From the human T2T-CHM13v2.0 reference genome, Homo sapiens: a stretch of DNA of 64,000 bases. The DNA lies in assembly GCF_009914755.1 (NCBI RefSeq), contig NC_060933.1. One strand, written 5' to 3'. The position numbers and the translations under genes were made by a program. This document shows, one piece after another, positions 40,931 through 56,572 of this stretch (its first letter is position 1; each line of letters starts with the position of its first letter). The notes beneath the pieces were generated by a model, which was given only the letters and a program-made list of their open reading frames with translations, did not search any database and had not been told where the DNA came from.

Positions 40931-43900
40931 GTTTTTTTTTTTGTTTTGTTTTTGGGTTTTTTTTTGATTTTTTAATTATGGCCATTATTGCAGGAGTAAG
41001 GTGGTATTGCATGGTGGTTTTAATTTGCATTTCCCTGATAATTAGTCATGTTGGGCATTTTTTTTCATATGTTTTTTGGTCATTTGTATATCTTCTTTTG
41101 AGAATTGTCTATTCACGTCCTTAGCCCACTCTTTGATGGGATTTTTTCTTGCTGATTTGTTTGAGTTCCTTATAGATTCTGGATATTAGTCCTTTGTTGG
41201 ATGCATAGTTTGCTAAGATTTTCTCCCACTCTGTGGGTTGCCTGTTTCTTTTGCTGATTATTTCTTTTGATATTCAGACACTCTTTAATTAGGTCCCACT
41301 TATTTCTTTTTGTTCTTGTTGCATTTGCTTTTGGGGTCTTAGTCATGAATTCCTTGCCTAAGCCGATATCCAGAAGAGTTTTTCCAATGTTATCTTCTAG
41401 AGTTTTTATGGTTTCAGGTCTTAGATTTAAGTCTTTGATCTATCTTGAGTTGATTTTTGTATAAGGTGAGAGATGAGGATCCATTTTCATTCTTCTACAT
41501 GAGGATAGCCAGTTTTCCCTGTACCATTTATTGAATAGGGCATCTTTTCCCCCACTTTATGTTTTTGTATACTTTCTTGAAGATCAGTTGGACGTATTTG
41601 GATTTATTTCTGGGCTATTTTATTCCACATATCTGTGTGCCTATTTTTATACCAGTGCCATACTGTTTGGGTAACTATAGCCTTATGTTCTAATCTGAAG
41701 TCAGGTAATGTGATGCCTCCAGATTTGTTCTTTTTGTTTTGTATTGCTTTGGCCATCTGGGCTCCTTTTCGGTTCCATATGAACTTTAGGATTGTTTTTC
41801 TAGTTCTGTGAAGAATGATGTTATTTTGATGGGAATTGTATTGAATATATAGATTGTTTTAAGCAGTATGATCATTTTCATAATATTGATTCTACCCACC
41901 CATGAGCATGAGATGGGTTTCCATTTGTTTATGCCATGTGTGACTTAAGTTTTCCTTGTAGAGGTCTTTCATCTCCTTGGTTAAGTATATTCCTAAATAT
42001 TTAAAATTTTTTGCAGCTGTTGTAAAAGAGATTCATGTCTTGATTTGATTCTCAGCTTGGTTGTTGTTGGTGTATAGCAGTGCTACTGATTTATGTACAC
42101 TGATTTTGTATCCTGAGACTTTACTGAATTCACTTATCAGAACTAGGAGCTTTCTGGATGAGTCCTTAGGGTTTTCTAGGTATAGAATCATATCATCAGT
42201 GAACAGTGACAGTTTGACTTCCTCTTTACGGATTTGGATGTTCTTTATTTCTTTCTGTCGTCTGATTGCTCTGGCTAGGACTTCCAGTACTAGGTAGAAT
42301 AGAAGTGGTGAAAGTGGGCATCTTTGTCTTCCAATTTGCAGTTTCAGTTAGCACAGGGAATGCTTTCAGATTTTCCCCATTCAGTATGTTATTGGCTGTG
42401 GGTTTGTCATATATGGCTTTTATTACTTTGAGGTATGTCTCTTTTATGCCAATTTTGTTGAGGGTTTTTAATCATAAAGAGATGCTGGATTTTATCAGAT
42501 GCTTTTTCTGTGTCTATTGAGATGATTATATGATATGTGTTTTTAATTTTGTTTATGTGATATATCATATATATTGATATGCATATGTTAAACCATCCCT
42601 GCATCTCTGGTATGAAAACCACTTGATCATGGTATATTATCTTTTTGATATGCTGTTGAATTCAGTTAGCTAGTATTTCGTTGAGGATTTTTGCATCTGT
42701 GTTCATCAGGGATATTGATCTGTAGTTTTATTTCTTTGTTCCCTCTTCTTGGTATTAGGGTGATACTGGCTTCATAGAATGATTCAGGGAGGAGTCCCTC
42801 TTTCTCTATCTGTCAGAATACTTTCAGTAGGATTGCTACCAATTCTTCTTTGAACGTCTGATAGATTCAGCTCTGAATCCCTTCAGTCCTGGACTTTTTT
42901 GTTGTTGTTGCCAATTTCTTTATTACTGATTCAATCTTGCTGCTTGTTATTGGTCGGTTCAGAGTTTCTATTTCTTCCTGATTTAATCTAGGAGGGCTGT
43001 ATATTCCCAGGAATTTATCCATCTACTCTGGATTTTCTAGTCTGTGTGCATAAAGGTGTTCATAGTAGCCTTGTATGATCTTCTGTATTTCCATGGTATT
43101 GGTTGTAATATCTCCAGTTTTGTTTCTAATTTAGCTTATTTGGATCATCTCTCTTCTTTTCTTGGTTAACCTCACTAATGTTCTATCAATTTTGTTTATC
43201 TTTTCAAAGAAGTAGATTTTTGTTTAATTTATCTTTTGTAATTTTTTGTTTCAATTTTGTTTAATTCTGCTCTGATCTTTGTTATTTCTTTCCTTCTGCT
43301 GAGTTTAGGTTTAGTTTGTTCTTGTTTCTCTAGTTCCTTGAGGTTTCACATTAGGCTGTTTCTATTTGACAGACTCTTTGATGTAGGCATTTAATGCTAT
43401 GAACTTTCCTCTTAGCACCACTTTTGCTGTATCCCAGAGGTTTTGATAAATTGTGTCAATATTATCATTCAGTTCAAAGAATTTTTAAATTTCCATCTTG
43501 ATTTCATTGTTTATTCAAATATTATTCAAGAACAGGTTATTTAATTTCCATGTATTTGTAAAGTTTGAGGGTTCTTTTTGGAGTTGATTTTCAGTTTTAT
43601 TCTACTGTGGTCTGAAAAGATACTTGATATGATTTTGATTTTCTTAAATTTATTGAGATTTGCTTTGTGTCCTATCATATGGTCTATGTTATAGGATGTT
43701 CTATGTGCTGATGAGAAGAATGTATATTCTGCAGTTGTTTGGAAGAATGTTCTGTAAATATCTGTTAAGTCCATTAGTTCTAGGGTATAGTTTAAGTCCA
43801 TTGTTTCTTTGTGGACTTTCTGTCTTGATGACCTGTCTAGTGCTGTCAGTGGAGTATTGAAGTCTTCAATTATTATTGTGTTGCTGCCTATCTCATTTCT

Positions 43901-44666
43901 TAGATCTATTGGTAATTGTTTTATAAATTTGGGAGTTCCAGTGTTAGGTGCATATATATTTAGGATTGTAATATCTTCCTGTTGGACTAATCCTTTTATC
44001 GTTATATTATGTCCTTTGTCTATTTTTACTGTTGTTGCTTTAAAGTCTGTTTTGTCTGATGTAAGAATAGCTATTCCTGCTCACTTTTGGTTTCCATTTG
44101 TGTGGAATATCTTTTGTCAGTCCTTTACCTTAAGTTTATGTGAGTCCTTGTGTGTTAGGTGAGTCTCTTGAAGACAGCAGATACTTGGTTTGTGGGGTTT
44201 TTTTTAATCCATTCTGCCATTCTGTATCTTTTAAGTGGAGCATTTGGGCCATTTACAGTTAATGTTAGTATTGAGATGTAAGATACCATTATATTCATCA
44301 TGTTAGTTGTTGCCTAAATACCTTGTTTTTTTTCATTGTGTCATTGTTTTATAGGACCTGTAAGATTTATGCTTTAAGGAAGTTCTATTTTGGTGTATAT
44401 ATTGAGGTATTGTTTCAAAATCTAGAACTCCTTTTAGCATTTCTTGTAGTGCAGGTTTGCTAGTAGCAAATTCTTTCAGCATTTGTTTGCCTGAAACATA
44501 TTTTATCTCTCTTTCATTTATGAAGCTTAGTTTTGCTAGATACAAAATTTTTGGCTGACAATTATTTTGTTTAAGGAGGCTAAAGATAGGCCCCAATCCC
44601 TTCTAACTTATAAGGTTTCTGCTGAGAAATCTGCTGTTAATCTGATAGGTTTTCCTTTACAAATTA

Positions 44667-44710
44667 TATGAACCCCAGATATCTGAGACTGTCTGAGTTA
44701 ATTTAGAAAG
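44667..44710. mobile_element. ~44-bp MER4-type LTR terminal stub at the L1 deletion junction
   Basis: 'tatgaaccccagatatctgagactgtctgagttaatttagaaag' resembles the recalled MER4A terminus 'tgtgaacc...atctgagacaggtctcagttaatttagaaag'. Confidence 0.55.
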
Positions 44711-45824
44711 ACTGAGCAGCTGTAGTAGTAGCAGTGGAATTTGAGTTTGCCCTAAGTTGGCCAGGGGAAATATTCTGGTGTTTCTCAAGTGATGGATGGG
44801 GCCATAAAGCTCCCAAGAGTTTATGACCTTTGTATTAAGCTACCATGGTGGGTAGAGAAATACCATCAGGTGGAAGAGGCTTAGGCAGGTTTGAGCTCAG
44901 ACTTTCCTTGGGAGGGGCCTGCCATGGCCACTGTGGGGGTTGGGTGGTGGTTCTCAGGCCAGTAGTGCTATGTTTCAGAGGGGAGTATAACTGCCTCTAC
45001 TGTGCAGTAGAGTTCACAAGGGGAGTTGGGAATAACTGGCAGTGGTAGGCCTCACCCAGCTCCCATGCAGTTGATGAGGCCAGTTTCACTCCCACAGTGC
45101 CCTGATAACAGCACTGGGTTTAGATCCAGGTAGCCTGTGCACACAGGTCAGTCCTGCCCAAGGCGATAATCCTTCCCACTGAGGAAGCATGCACAGCTTT
45201 CAAGCCACACACCTCTCCACCTGCCTGCAAGGCCAGGTGCCTAGCTCCTGCACTCATGTCTGCACACAGTTTACACTTGCCCCCTGAATTCTGTTCAAGG
45301 GAGGTCATGCCCACTTGAAATTATATCATAAAACTCAGTTGGGTGCTTCTTTCTCCTTGCAACCCCTCCCTGAGTTCACTGTCTGGATTCCCCAAGGGAC
45401 CCTGTGAGATATAATCAGGGATGGCTTCCCTGGGCTCATTCTGGAGACTGGGAATGCCTACAAGGCTCTTCCACTGTCACCTCTACTTTTTTATTTCACG
45501 CCACTCCCTAAATCCATTCCAGCTCTAGGTAAGGTTAAAGCCTTCTCCTGTGATCTGGATTTTCAGATTCCCCAGTGGAGATGTGTGTTTGGAGGCAGGC
45601 TCTTCCCCTCCTATACTCCAAAAACTCACAGCTTTTCACCTGTCTTGCAGAGTATGCTGTGGCCTCTTTCAAACGATCCGTGAATTCTTTCAGTTTTCCT
45701 GGTAAAGTTTCCTGCGGTGGTTCTTTGAAAAAGTTCACAGTGTGAATCTCCCTACACGACTCTGTTCTTCCAACTGGGAGAGGCAGGCTAACCCTGCCCC
45801 CGTCCACCATCTTGGAAAAAAAAT

Positions 45825-46172
45825 CCTTCAAGGACTTTTCCCCATTGTCTTGGCTACTACCACTTGGCTCCATTATAGTTATGCAAATATCTCTAGCAAG
45901 TGGTTGCACCTCAGCCTGCTTGGATTCTTCTTGTGAAAATGGGCATTATTTTCTACCACATGGCTAGGCTTCAAATTTTCCAAACTTTTATGCTTCGTTT
46001 TTCTTTTAAATATAACTTCCAATGTTAAGTCATTTCTTTTCTCCAACATCTGAGCACAGGCTGTTGGAATCATCCAGGCTACTCTTGAATGTTTTACTGC
46101 TTAGAAGTTTCTTCTGCCAGATACCCTAAGTCATCACTGTTAAGTTCAAACTTCCAAACATCCCTATGACAT
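45825..46172 (-). mobile_element. MST-int part 2 (truncated; second LTR absent)
   Basis: 'ttttccccattgtcttggct...ttatgcaaat...ctgcttagaagtttcttctgccagataccctaagtcatc...aagttcaaacttcca'. Confidence 0.8.
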
Positions 46173-48022
46173 GAATAAAGATAATGATATTTCATAATGA
46201 TGCAATAAATAATTCATTAAGAAGACATAACAATCCCAAATGTGTATGCACCTAAGACACAGGTTCAAAATATATGATACAAAAACTATCAGAGCTAAGG
46301 GAGAGATTAATCTCTAGTTTAAGTTGGAGAATGTAACATTTCTTTTTCAGAAACTGGTAGAACAAATATATAGAAAATCAATAAATATATAGAAGATTTG
46401 AACAACATTATCAATAAACTTAGCATTATTAACATTATAGAATACTGCACTCAACAACCACAGAATACACATATTTTCAAGTGTACATGAAACATTCACC
46501 AAAATAAATCATATGCTGGACCATGAAAAGGTCTGAATACATTTCAAAGAACTGAATGTATACAAAGTATATTATCCAATAATAACAAAGCAACTAAAAG
46601 TATGATCTCCAACACAACAAATGAATAACAAAAAGATATGAAATTTTCTAAGTATTTGGAAACTAAGCAACAGTATTCTAAATAACTCATGGGGCGAAAA
46701 ATAAATCACAAAGGAAATTAGAAAATATTTCTAATTGAATGATAAGGGAAACAAACATATCAAAATTTTGTGAAATGCAGCTAAAGCAATATTGAGAGGG
46801 AAGTCCCTAAATGGGACAAAAGAAATTTTTAAAAGGAAAGATCTAAACTTTCACCTTAAGAAGATAATAAAAGAAGAGGAAATTAAACAAAAGGAATAAA
46901 ACAATGAAAATCAAAGTGAAGTAGAAATCAATGAAATAGAAAGTGGACAAATAATAGAGAAAATCAATGAAATTGAGAATAGGTCTCTTGGAAGTATTCA
47001 TAAAATAATAAACCTCTATCTACAGTTATTTAAAAAGAGATAAAATGGCAATTGCCAGTTTCACCCTTGAAGGAGATTACATTATTCTAATCTCACAGAC
47101 ATTTTAAAAAATAAGAAAAATTATGAACAATTTTATGCCAATAAGTTTGACAAATTAGCTCAAATGAACAAATTCCTTGGAAGACACAATTTGCTAAAAT
47201 GAAATAAGAAAATGTAAAATTTGGATAGCCCTACATCTGTTAAAGAAATTAAACTTACAATTTAAAAGAACATTTTTCAATCAGAAAGCCTCAGGATCAG
47301 ATAACTTCATTGGCAAATCCCATCAAGCATTTAAGGAAGAAATAACACCAACTAATATTGTACAAGGTTTTCAGAAGATAAAAAAAGGCACTTTTCAACA
47401 TTTAATGTGGCCAACATAACTTTCATATCAAAACCTTTTTAGCATAATTAGCCATTACCATCTAGCAATACATTTCAAAAAGTACTATATCATGACCAGA
47501 CAGTGTTTATTACAGGAATGCAAGAGTGGTCCAACTTTTGAAAGTCAATTAATATCATCCTCTATATAAAGAAAATAAAAAAGGAAGAAGTATATGACGA
47601 TTTAAAGAGATGCAAAAACTGTGAACACATTTATGATTGTTAAAAAATGAAATGAAAAACACACAAAAACCTCTGCACATAAAAAGGGAAGAAGACTTTT
47701 CTTCATCTGATAAGACCATCTACCAAAACCTTTCCGCGAATATCATAATTTATGATAAAAGACTGGAAACTTTCTCCTGAATGCAAGAACAAGGAAAGGA
47801 CATCCGTCTTCACCATTTCTATTCGATTTTGTACTAAAAGTCTTAGCCTATAAAATAAAGCAATTAAAAGACAATACAGGCCATAAAGATTGGAAATGAG
47901 GTAAAGATGTGTTTATTTTCAGAGTATATGACTGTTACACTTACAAAGTCATTTAAAAACTACAAACTGCTCTTAAATATAATTAATCAGTGAATGTATT
48001 GAGATTGTAAGATACAAGGCTA

Positions 48023-48582
<560 letters not shown>

Positions 48583-49231
48583 CTACAAGTTGATTCATAG
48601 ATTAATCACTATCCCAATCAAACTTCCAGAAGACTGTTTTTATAGAAACTGATAACCTGACTTTAAATTTTATATCAAAAAAAGCACCTAGATGGCCAAA
48701 ACAATTTTAGAAAAGAACAAGTTGGAACACGTATACTAACTGATTTCAAAACTTACTATGAAACCTACAGTAGTTAAGACATTCTGACACTGAAGTAAGT
48801 TTAGATTTATAGAGCAATGGAACAGGATAGAGAATCAAGAAATAAATACATGCTTATATAGCCAATTAGTTTTCCATAAAGATACCAACACAAGCAATTT
48901 AATGGGATAGGAAAAGGAGTGTCTTTTCAACAAACAGTACTGAATAACTAAATAACCACATGGGAAAAAAAGACCTTCAATTTCCCTATGTCTTTCTGTG
49001 CACAAAAGTTTATTTCAGAGGGATTATTGGCTTAAATGTGAAAGTTTACACCAAATGATTCTAGAAAGACTCTAGAAAGATGGATAATATTTTCTCAATC
49101 TTAGGACAGGCAAGGAATTCTTAGGCAGAACACATGATGTATTAATTATTCAAAAAAGTTATACATTAAAATTCACCAAAATGAAAATATTTTGCTCTTC
49201 AAAACACACCATCAAGAAAATCATCAGACGT

Positions 49232-49539
<308 letters not shown>

Positions 49540-49579
49540 GTCATCAGACAAAACATAGAGTGGAAGGAAACAAGCTATC

Positions 49580-49582
<3 letters not shown>

Positions 49583-49616
<34 letters not shown>
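49583..49616. repeat. (CA)n microsatellite
   Basis: Directly visible. Confidence 0.95.
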
Positions 49617-49618
<2 letters not shown>

Positions 49619-50169
49619 ACATGTATCCATACAAGTATACATATTGTATAAAGAACTGCTGTAACTCAAAAACAGAGATAACGCAATTTTTTTATTGCAA
49701 AAGACTCAGACATTTCAAAAGGAATATTCACAAATGGTCAATAGACACATGAAAACATGTTCAACATCATTAGTTATCAGGTAAATACAAATGAAATCCA
49801 TAAGATACCTCTACATACTTATTAGGCCGATAAAATTAGAAGCATTACTCTGTCAAAAAACAGAGCTTTCAGACATTTTTGTTGCGAATTTACACATATT
49901 TCTTTTAAGAGTCTAAAATTGTACAATCATTTTAAAAATATTTGTGATTTCTAAAAGTTACATATACATCTACTTTATAATTATGCAGTTTCACTCCCAG
50001 GTTATTATTGAAGAGGAACGTGTACATATGTCCACTAAAGATATGTACAAGAATTTTCATAGCAGCTTTGTTAAACTGAAAACAACCCAAGTCTCCAGCA
50101 ACAGGAGTGTAAACAAAGAAATTATAGCCTCTTCTTACAAAGGAATTCTATTCAGCAATAAAGAAGGAA

Positions 50170-50358
50170 CTATTTATTTTACATTTCAAAATAGCTAGAA
50201 GAATTGTAATGTTTCTAACACAAAGGAAAAATAAATATTTGAAGTGATGGGTATTCCAATTACCCTAATTTAATCATTACAGCTTTTATACATGTATAAA
50301 AATATCACATGTACCCCAAAATATGTGCAACTATTACATATCAATAAAAAAATAAAAA
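50170..50358 (+). mobile_element. L1MA-like 3' terminal fragment nested in the older L1
   Basis: 'tttcaaaatagctagaagaatt...gtgatgggtattccaattaccctaatttaatcattaca...aatatcacatgtacccc...tcaataaaa'. Confidence 0.75.
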
Positions 50359-50474
50359 TTTTTTAAAGAATGAGCTGTTTATACAAGCTAAAACATGGTT
50401 GAATTTCAAAAGCATTAGGCTAAGCCAGAGATCCCAGACACAAAAGATTACATATTGTATGCTTCCAATTATTT

Positions 50475-50528
50475 TTAGGTTGCTGCAAAAGTAATGGCAA
50501 AACCACAATTACTTTTGCATCAACCTAA
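50475..50528. mobile_element. MADE1 (Hsmar1-related MITE), internally deleted
   Basis: TIRs TTAGGTTGCTGCAAAAGTAAT ... ATTACTTTTGCATCAACCTAA. Confidence 0.9.
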
Positions 50529-50582
50529 TAGAAATTCTAAAAGAGGCAAAACTAATATAGGGTCACAAAAATCAGAACAATG

Positions 50583-50848
50583 GGCCAGACGCAGTGGCTG
50601 ACATCTGTAATCTCAGCACTTTGGGAGGCCAAGGCGGGCAGATCATCTGAGGTCAGGAGTTCAAGACCAGCCTGGCCAACATGGTGAAACCCCATCTCTA
50701 GTAAAAATACAAAAATTAGCCAGGCGTGGTGGCAGGCACCTGTAATCCCAGCTACTTGGGAGGCTGAGGCACGAGAATCGCTTGAACCTGGGAGGCAGAG
50801 GTTGCAGTGGGCGATAGAGCTAAACTCAGTCTCAAAAACAAACAACAA
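50583..50848 (+). mobile_element. AluSx-like with a right-arm deletion
   Basis: TSD AAAAATCAGAACAA on both sides. Confidence 0.92.
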
Positions 50849-51493
50849 AAAAATCAGAACAAAGGTTGCCTGATCCAGGATGTGGGGGTTGACTGGGAAG
50901 GGACAAAAAGAAAGGTCAAGATAATGAAAATATGCTATAACTTGACATGCTGTGGGTTATAAAGGTGTTTACACTTGTCAGACACATGACAACTCATCAA
51001 CCAGAGCACTCAAGATCTGTACATTTCACTGTATGTAAATTAAACCTCAATTTTACAAAAAGAAAGGAGAAAAACACAGAGACAATAAACAAAGCAATTC
51101 AGAATATTGGTATGGGTGTTGAGAAAGTGAATTGACTTAAATAATTGGACTAATACTTTATTTTACAAATCAGAAGTTTTTTTCCTTTTTTTGTGTTCAG
51201 CAACACTGATTGAAGATCAATCAGTTGTCAGCTGACCATAACAAATATTTTTGATAATAAATCATTGTGTATTTTTTGTTACATAACCCAGAAGGAGTTC
51301 AGATTTGAGTGACATAGCAAACTACTTCCAATCCATATTTACATACCTATGTTAAAATATTTTTTGACATTTCTACAAAAATTTAAAAATAGAAAAATAT
51401 GAAGGGGAAAAGAGAAATCCAGAGTAAATGATTTGATAGTTCCCAGCTACAAGTTAACTTCTTTCTCTGTAAACCAAGAGAGTACAAGTTTTC

Positions 51494-51882
51494 TTTTTTT
51501 TCTAACTTTTCTTTTTTTGTTGTTTTTAATTTTACTTTAACTTCCAGGATACGTGTGCAGAACGTGCAGGTTTGTTACATTGGTATACGTGTGCCATGGT
51601 GGTTTGCTGCACCTATTGACCCATCCTTTAAGTTCCCTCCCCTTGCTCCCCCACCACCCACCAAACGGGCGCTGCGCTGGTGTGTGTTGTTCCCCTCCCT
51701 GTGACCATGTGTTCTCACTGTGCAACTCCCACTTATGAGTGAACTACCACTTATAAGCAGTGTTTGGTTTTCTGTTCCTGTGTTAGTTTGCGAGGATGAT
51801 GGCTTACAGCTTCATCCATGTCCCTCAAAAGGATATGATCTCATTCCTTTTTATGGTTGCATAGTATTTCATGGTGTATATG
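51494..51882 (-). mobile_element. L1PA 3'-end fragment
   Basis: 'tgtgcagaacgtgcaggtttgttacat...gtgtgccatggtggtttgctgcacc'; 16-bp TSD GAGAGTACAAGTTTTC (51478-51493 / 51883-51898). Confidence 0.92.
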
Positions 51883-52896
51883 GAGAGTACAAGTTTTCAT
51901 CCCAAAAGTGCATCTGGTCTTGAGTTTTTTGATGCAAGAAGTGCAGAAACCAAGTCCCCAAAAATGTTGTTGTCTCCAGCTACCATTTCTTTGGCATAGC
52001 CAAAGCAGAATCTCAGAATAGAGTGCTGAGATGAAGATGGGAGTTCAGAGACTTGCCCTTGACCTTGATAGCTACAAGCATTTCTTTGGAAGGAGCAGTT
52101 TTTGTGGTTTCAGATGAGCCAGAGGACTGCCCCTCCAAAGACACCTGGACTTTATACTTATTAATCTGTATGGCCCTATGATAAATGGTTCCTCCAATTG
52201 TTAGCCAGGAGAATAGAAATTGGAAAGTTAACTTTCATTAACCCAAAGCACAGAAGAGTCCAAAAGAATAATATTTCTCTGCTCTCACTCTTTTGCCTGA
52301 ACACCTCCTTTACATCTCTGGGATGACAATAACAGCCATTTTCCTGCTTACAGAGGTTGGCGAACTAACATCCTTGGCTATTACAATGACAGGTGTGAAA
52401 TGTGTGCGTATGTGTACCAAGTATCTAAACCACCCTCAGAGACAAACACAAACATAGATGGGACCCAATATAAATATCTGTTCAACAAATGACCAGATAA
52501 ATGTATTAATCTTATTGACCAATAGTTTAACAGGGAGGAGGCTGGCCAGACAGGAGGGAAAGATGCATTTTAGGGTAGAATGACAAATAACATTGCAAAG
52601 AAAACTTATATTGATTGATTTAGGAGCAGCTTAACATCCATTCAGTAGATGCAGTGAATTTTGACAGGAAAATTGTATACAGAGACTGTGAAACTAAACT
52701 AACAGAGCATTAAGCTGCAGTATTTCTTTCAAAAGAGTTGTAGGACTTTGGAGTATGAAGGTAGCCTGGAAATACAAAATGAATTAACAATGAGGGAAAG
52801 AATATGAACAAAACAAACTTTGGAACAGTGAAAGGGAATTTTCATAGAATATGACATATGAGGAAGCAAATAGTTCTGAAAAGAATAAGTCTCTTC

Positions 52897-53224
<328 letters not shown>

Positions 53225-54075
53225 CTATCCCCTCTCTCACCCCTAGGAGTATTTGCCTAGGACTCCAAGTAAGTGAAGAAGTCAAGAACCAGATAGAATA
53301 AAAGATAATAAATCTATTTTCTTCCAAAGAGAGAGAAGAGAAAGATTTTCTTCTCAACTGTAATATATCAAGAAGGGCTTAGAGGTTAACAAGAAGGGAG
53401 AATAATGGGACATGGGAGAATGGCAACCCTTTTATTTCAAATAAAACCATGTCTTCTAAAAACCAGATTTGTGTTTTATTTATTCTCAATCTTAAAGTTG
53501 TAACTTTAGGGCAATGGTGAAAATAAAGCAATGCTCTGAACACTAGAATCTAGAAGTAACTAATAAGCCCTAATGATCCTTCTGCCTTTAAGGGCCTTCA
53601 GGTCCCACATGTTTGAAGAAGGAAATTTATGTATGGAAATCATTCTAGAGAAGGCAAGGAAAGTGTGGGAAATCCTATCGAGTTACTCTGGAGAAAGACG
53701 GCTGCCTCCAAATATTCACATACTTCCCTCTTGATGGAATTGATGGAATGTTTCTTGATATTCTCAGTGCCTCATCTATTACCTGGTCCATATTGAATGA
53801 ATTGAGCCCTTAATGAGATGCCACTCAGGTGCCAGACTTCAAGAATATCAAAATGAATCAGAAACTTTCGACTCTCAAGAGCTCACCATTTTATTTTTCA
53901 GGCAAAGGCCATATAATCCAATAAAAATAGAATGATTTAGAATTTAGGAAAAGCATATGAAAAAAGAAAGCTTTTGAACTCTGAAATGAATTTTTATTTT
54001 AGAATCAGACGTATTAAGAGCCAAAGGGTTCTAAGAGAATAAGTCCAATCTTTTACAGATCAAAAGTTGTCTCCC

Positions 54076-54369
54076 GGCCAGGCACGGTGGTTCACGCCTG
54101 TAATCCCAGCATTTTGGGAGGCCGAGGCAGGCAGATCACTTGAGGTCTGGAGTTAAAGACCAGCCTGGCCAACATAGTGAAACCCTGCCTCCACAAAAGA
54201 ATACAAAAAGTAGATAGGCGTGGTGGTGCGCACCTGTAATCCCAGCTACTCAGGAGGCTGAGGCAGGAGAATTGCTTGAATCTGGGAGGCAGAGATTGCA
54301 GTGAGCAGAGCTTGTGCCACTGCATTCCAGCCTGGGCAGCAAAGTGAGACTCCATCTCAAAAAAAAAAA
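54076..54369 (+). mobile_element. AluSx-like
   Basis: Full dimer with A tail. Confidence 0.93.
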
Positions 54370-56350
54370 TGTTTTTTTAAAGTTACCTAAATCTTTTGTT
54401 TAAATGCCTTACACCAACCCCATCACCCACAATATTTATATTTAATTGTTCTAGATTGGAGCCCAGGCAACAGTATTTTGCATAAGTACCTTAAGGTAAT
54501 TCTTACTTGCAATCAGGGTGGAGAAGCTCTAATATACGAACTTCAGGAATGAGGGGTGATCTGTCTTTCCCAGGAGCACAGCACCAGTGAGCAACAGACC
54601 AAGACAAATCTTCTCCTGGTCCTATTTTACTTTAAATTTGAGCATAGAACATGTTTTCCTTAATAGTTTGTAGCTTGGTGTTTATATTGTAAGCATTCAG
54701 ACGTTTGGTTGTTGTGCCACCATATACTTTTGCCTTGAACCTCACAAATATTAGGGCGTGCCCCAAGCCAAAGGTATATTCTATAGGAAACTGCACACAT
54801 CCTTGCACCTCAGAAGATCCATTTGCAGTCAAAGTCGCTTTCAGAAGCTTGGAGGGAGAGATCTGGGGTTGGATCTGGAGGTAAAATGCTAGCCAGTTTG
54901 AACCCTGGTCTGGGCTGACCCAATCCTTACACAAGGCTTTGTCTAAGATGATTTCCTTTGGGCCTCTTGGAATGACAAGCTCTTGGAAAGCCCCCAGGCC
55001 CATCAACCAGCAGAGAAGGAAACTGAGGTTCATGGAAGGAAAGGATCTAAACCAATACAGGGGCGACAGACAGCCTAGGCCACCCCATGTGCCCCTGCAC
55101 CCTGGCCATCCACCTCTGGTTAGGAACTAGCCTCCCCAAATAATCTTCTCCATGGCACCCCATAATCCAAGCCAAGTTGCATGCATTTTGCTGAATCTTA
55201 AATTCTATGAATGAGGACAATCCTGCTTCTTTCCAAATGTACTTAAGGACAAAGACGTGTTCCTGGGCCCATTTTTAAAGCCCTAACAAAAAATCTCTCC
55301 ATGAAGAGGCAGGCAGATGGACTCCAGAGCAGTCCTGGCCCTGTATTCAGAGTGGCCACAGATCTCATGGCCACAGCTGACTCTCAGTTCTGACATCCAT
55401 GAATCCTGAATGTGTGATGTGATCCTCCAGTGCTAATTGGAGCACTAAGGCTATGCTTCTCATGTGTGAGGGCCTTGGTCCCTGGAAGGACTGAATTTGG
55501 GAGCAGAGACTTCCCTTGTTTACCTAACTCCAGTACTCCTTCATTTTGCAATTCTCTTCCTCCCACACAACACCTGTCTCACCCTCAAGAATCCTAACCA
55601 CCCTTACCCACACTTTTAGGTGGTGTTTAGTGCAGAGGTGCCAACCATATGCTCTTCCTCATCCGCTGATGGTTCTACTCCTGAGACAATGGGAAGCATG
55701 TGAGGAAAAGATTGGCAAAGTTTGGGAAAGTGAGGTGCATCCGCATTCACTGGGACCCCCTCTCATGTCCAGTCTCCCAATGTCCCCACCCAAAAGAGCT
55801 TGAATATTTATCTAATTGTATATTAGATTGTCATCTAATGAAATTGTGTTTTCAAACCCTGTATAATTTAAACACATCTATTTCATTTGGGGCTTTTCAA
55901 AATATTATTTCCCATTTCTGAAAATATTCATGAATTTAATTTGAAAAAAATACAAAACCTTGGAAAGATTCCTTGAGAAACTTTGATTATTTTAAAGTTC
56001 CAATTCCACAAAGTGAAAAAGCAAACAATCTGACAGCAACTAAATGCACTGAGGGGGGGCGGGGAACAAGACAATTATTGCATTCGAAAAGGCAATTTGA
56101 AACATTTTCACAGATAATAGATACCATAAATCTTTGTCTGATCCACTAACAAATATTTTTTCAGATAATGAACAGCTGATTTTTATATCTAAAACCCCCA
56201 AATTCCTATTTTATTCTTACAGTTCACATAGATTGATCAAAGTTGACTGCTTGATAAAGCCAATGGAATTTCCCATGATTTTTGTGCACTTTAGTTTCTA
56301 GTGCTGACATTGAGAGAAACCAGGGAAAGTTCTTTGGTCCTGGAGCAAAT

Positions 56351-56572
56351 TTTTTTTGACTTTTATTTTAGGTACATGTGCAGGTTTGCTGTGTTGGTAA
56401 ACCATGTGTCATGGAGCTTTGGTATACAGATTATTTCATCACCCAGGTAATAAGCAAAGTGCCTGATAGGTATTCTGTCTGCTCCTCTCTGTCCTCCCAC
56501 TCTCAACCCTCAAGTATGCCCCAGTGTCCATTGTTCCCCTTTATGTGTCCATGTGTTCTCATTGTTTATCTC
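56351..56572 (-). mobile_element. Older L1PA 3' fragment, left part (split by HERV-L)
   Basis: 'gtacatgtgcaggtttgctgtgttggtaaacc...acagattatttcatcacccaggta'; continues at 63416. Confidence 0.85.

Larger units (their letters stand above)
39920..45824 (-). mobile_element. L1PB-family LINE-1, 5'-complete but with an ORF1 deletion
   Basis: 15-bp TSD CCTTCAAGGACTTTT (39905-39919 / 45825-45839). Minus-strand ORF2 peptides (MDLTDIYRTF, 43541-43801). 5' end reads TTCCAAGATGGTGGAC on the minus strand. Confidence 0.92.
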
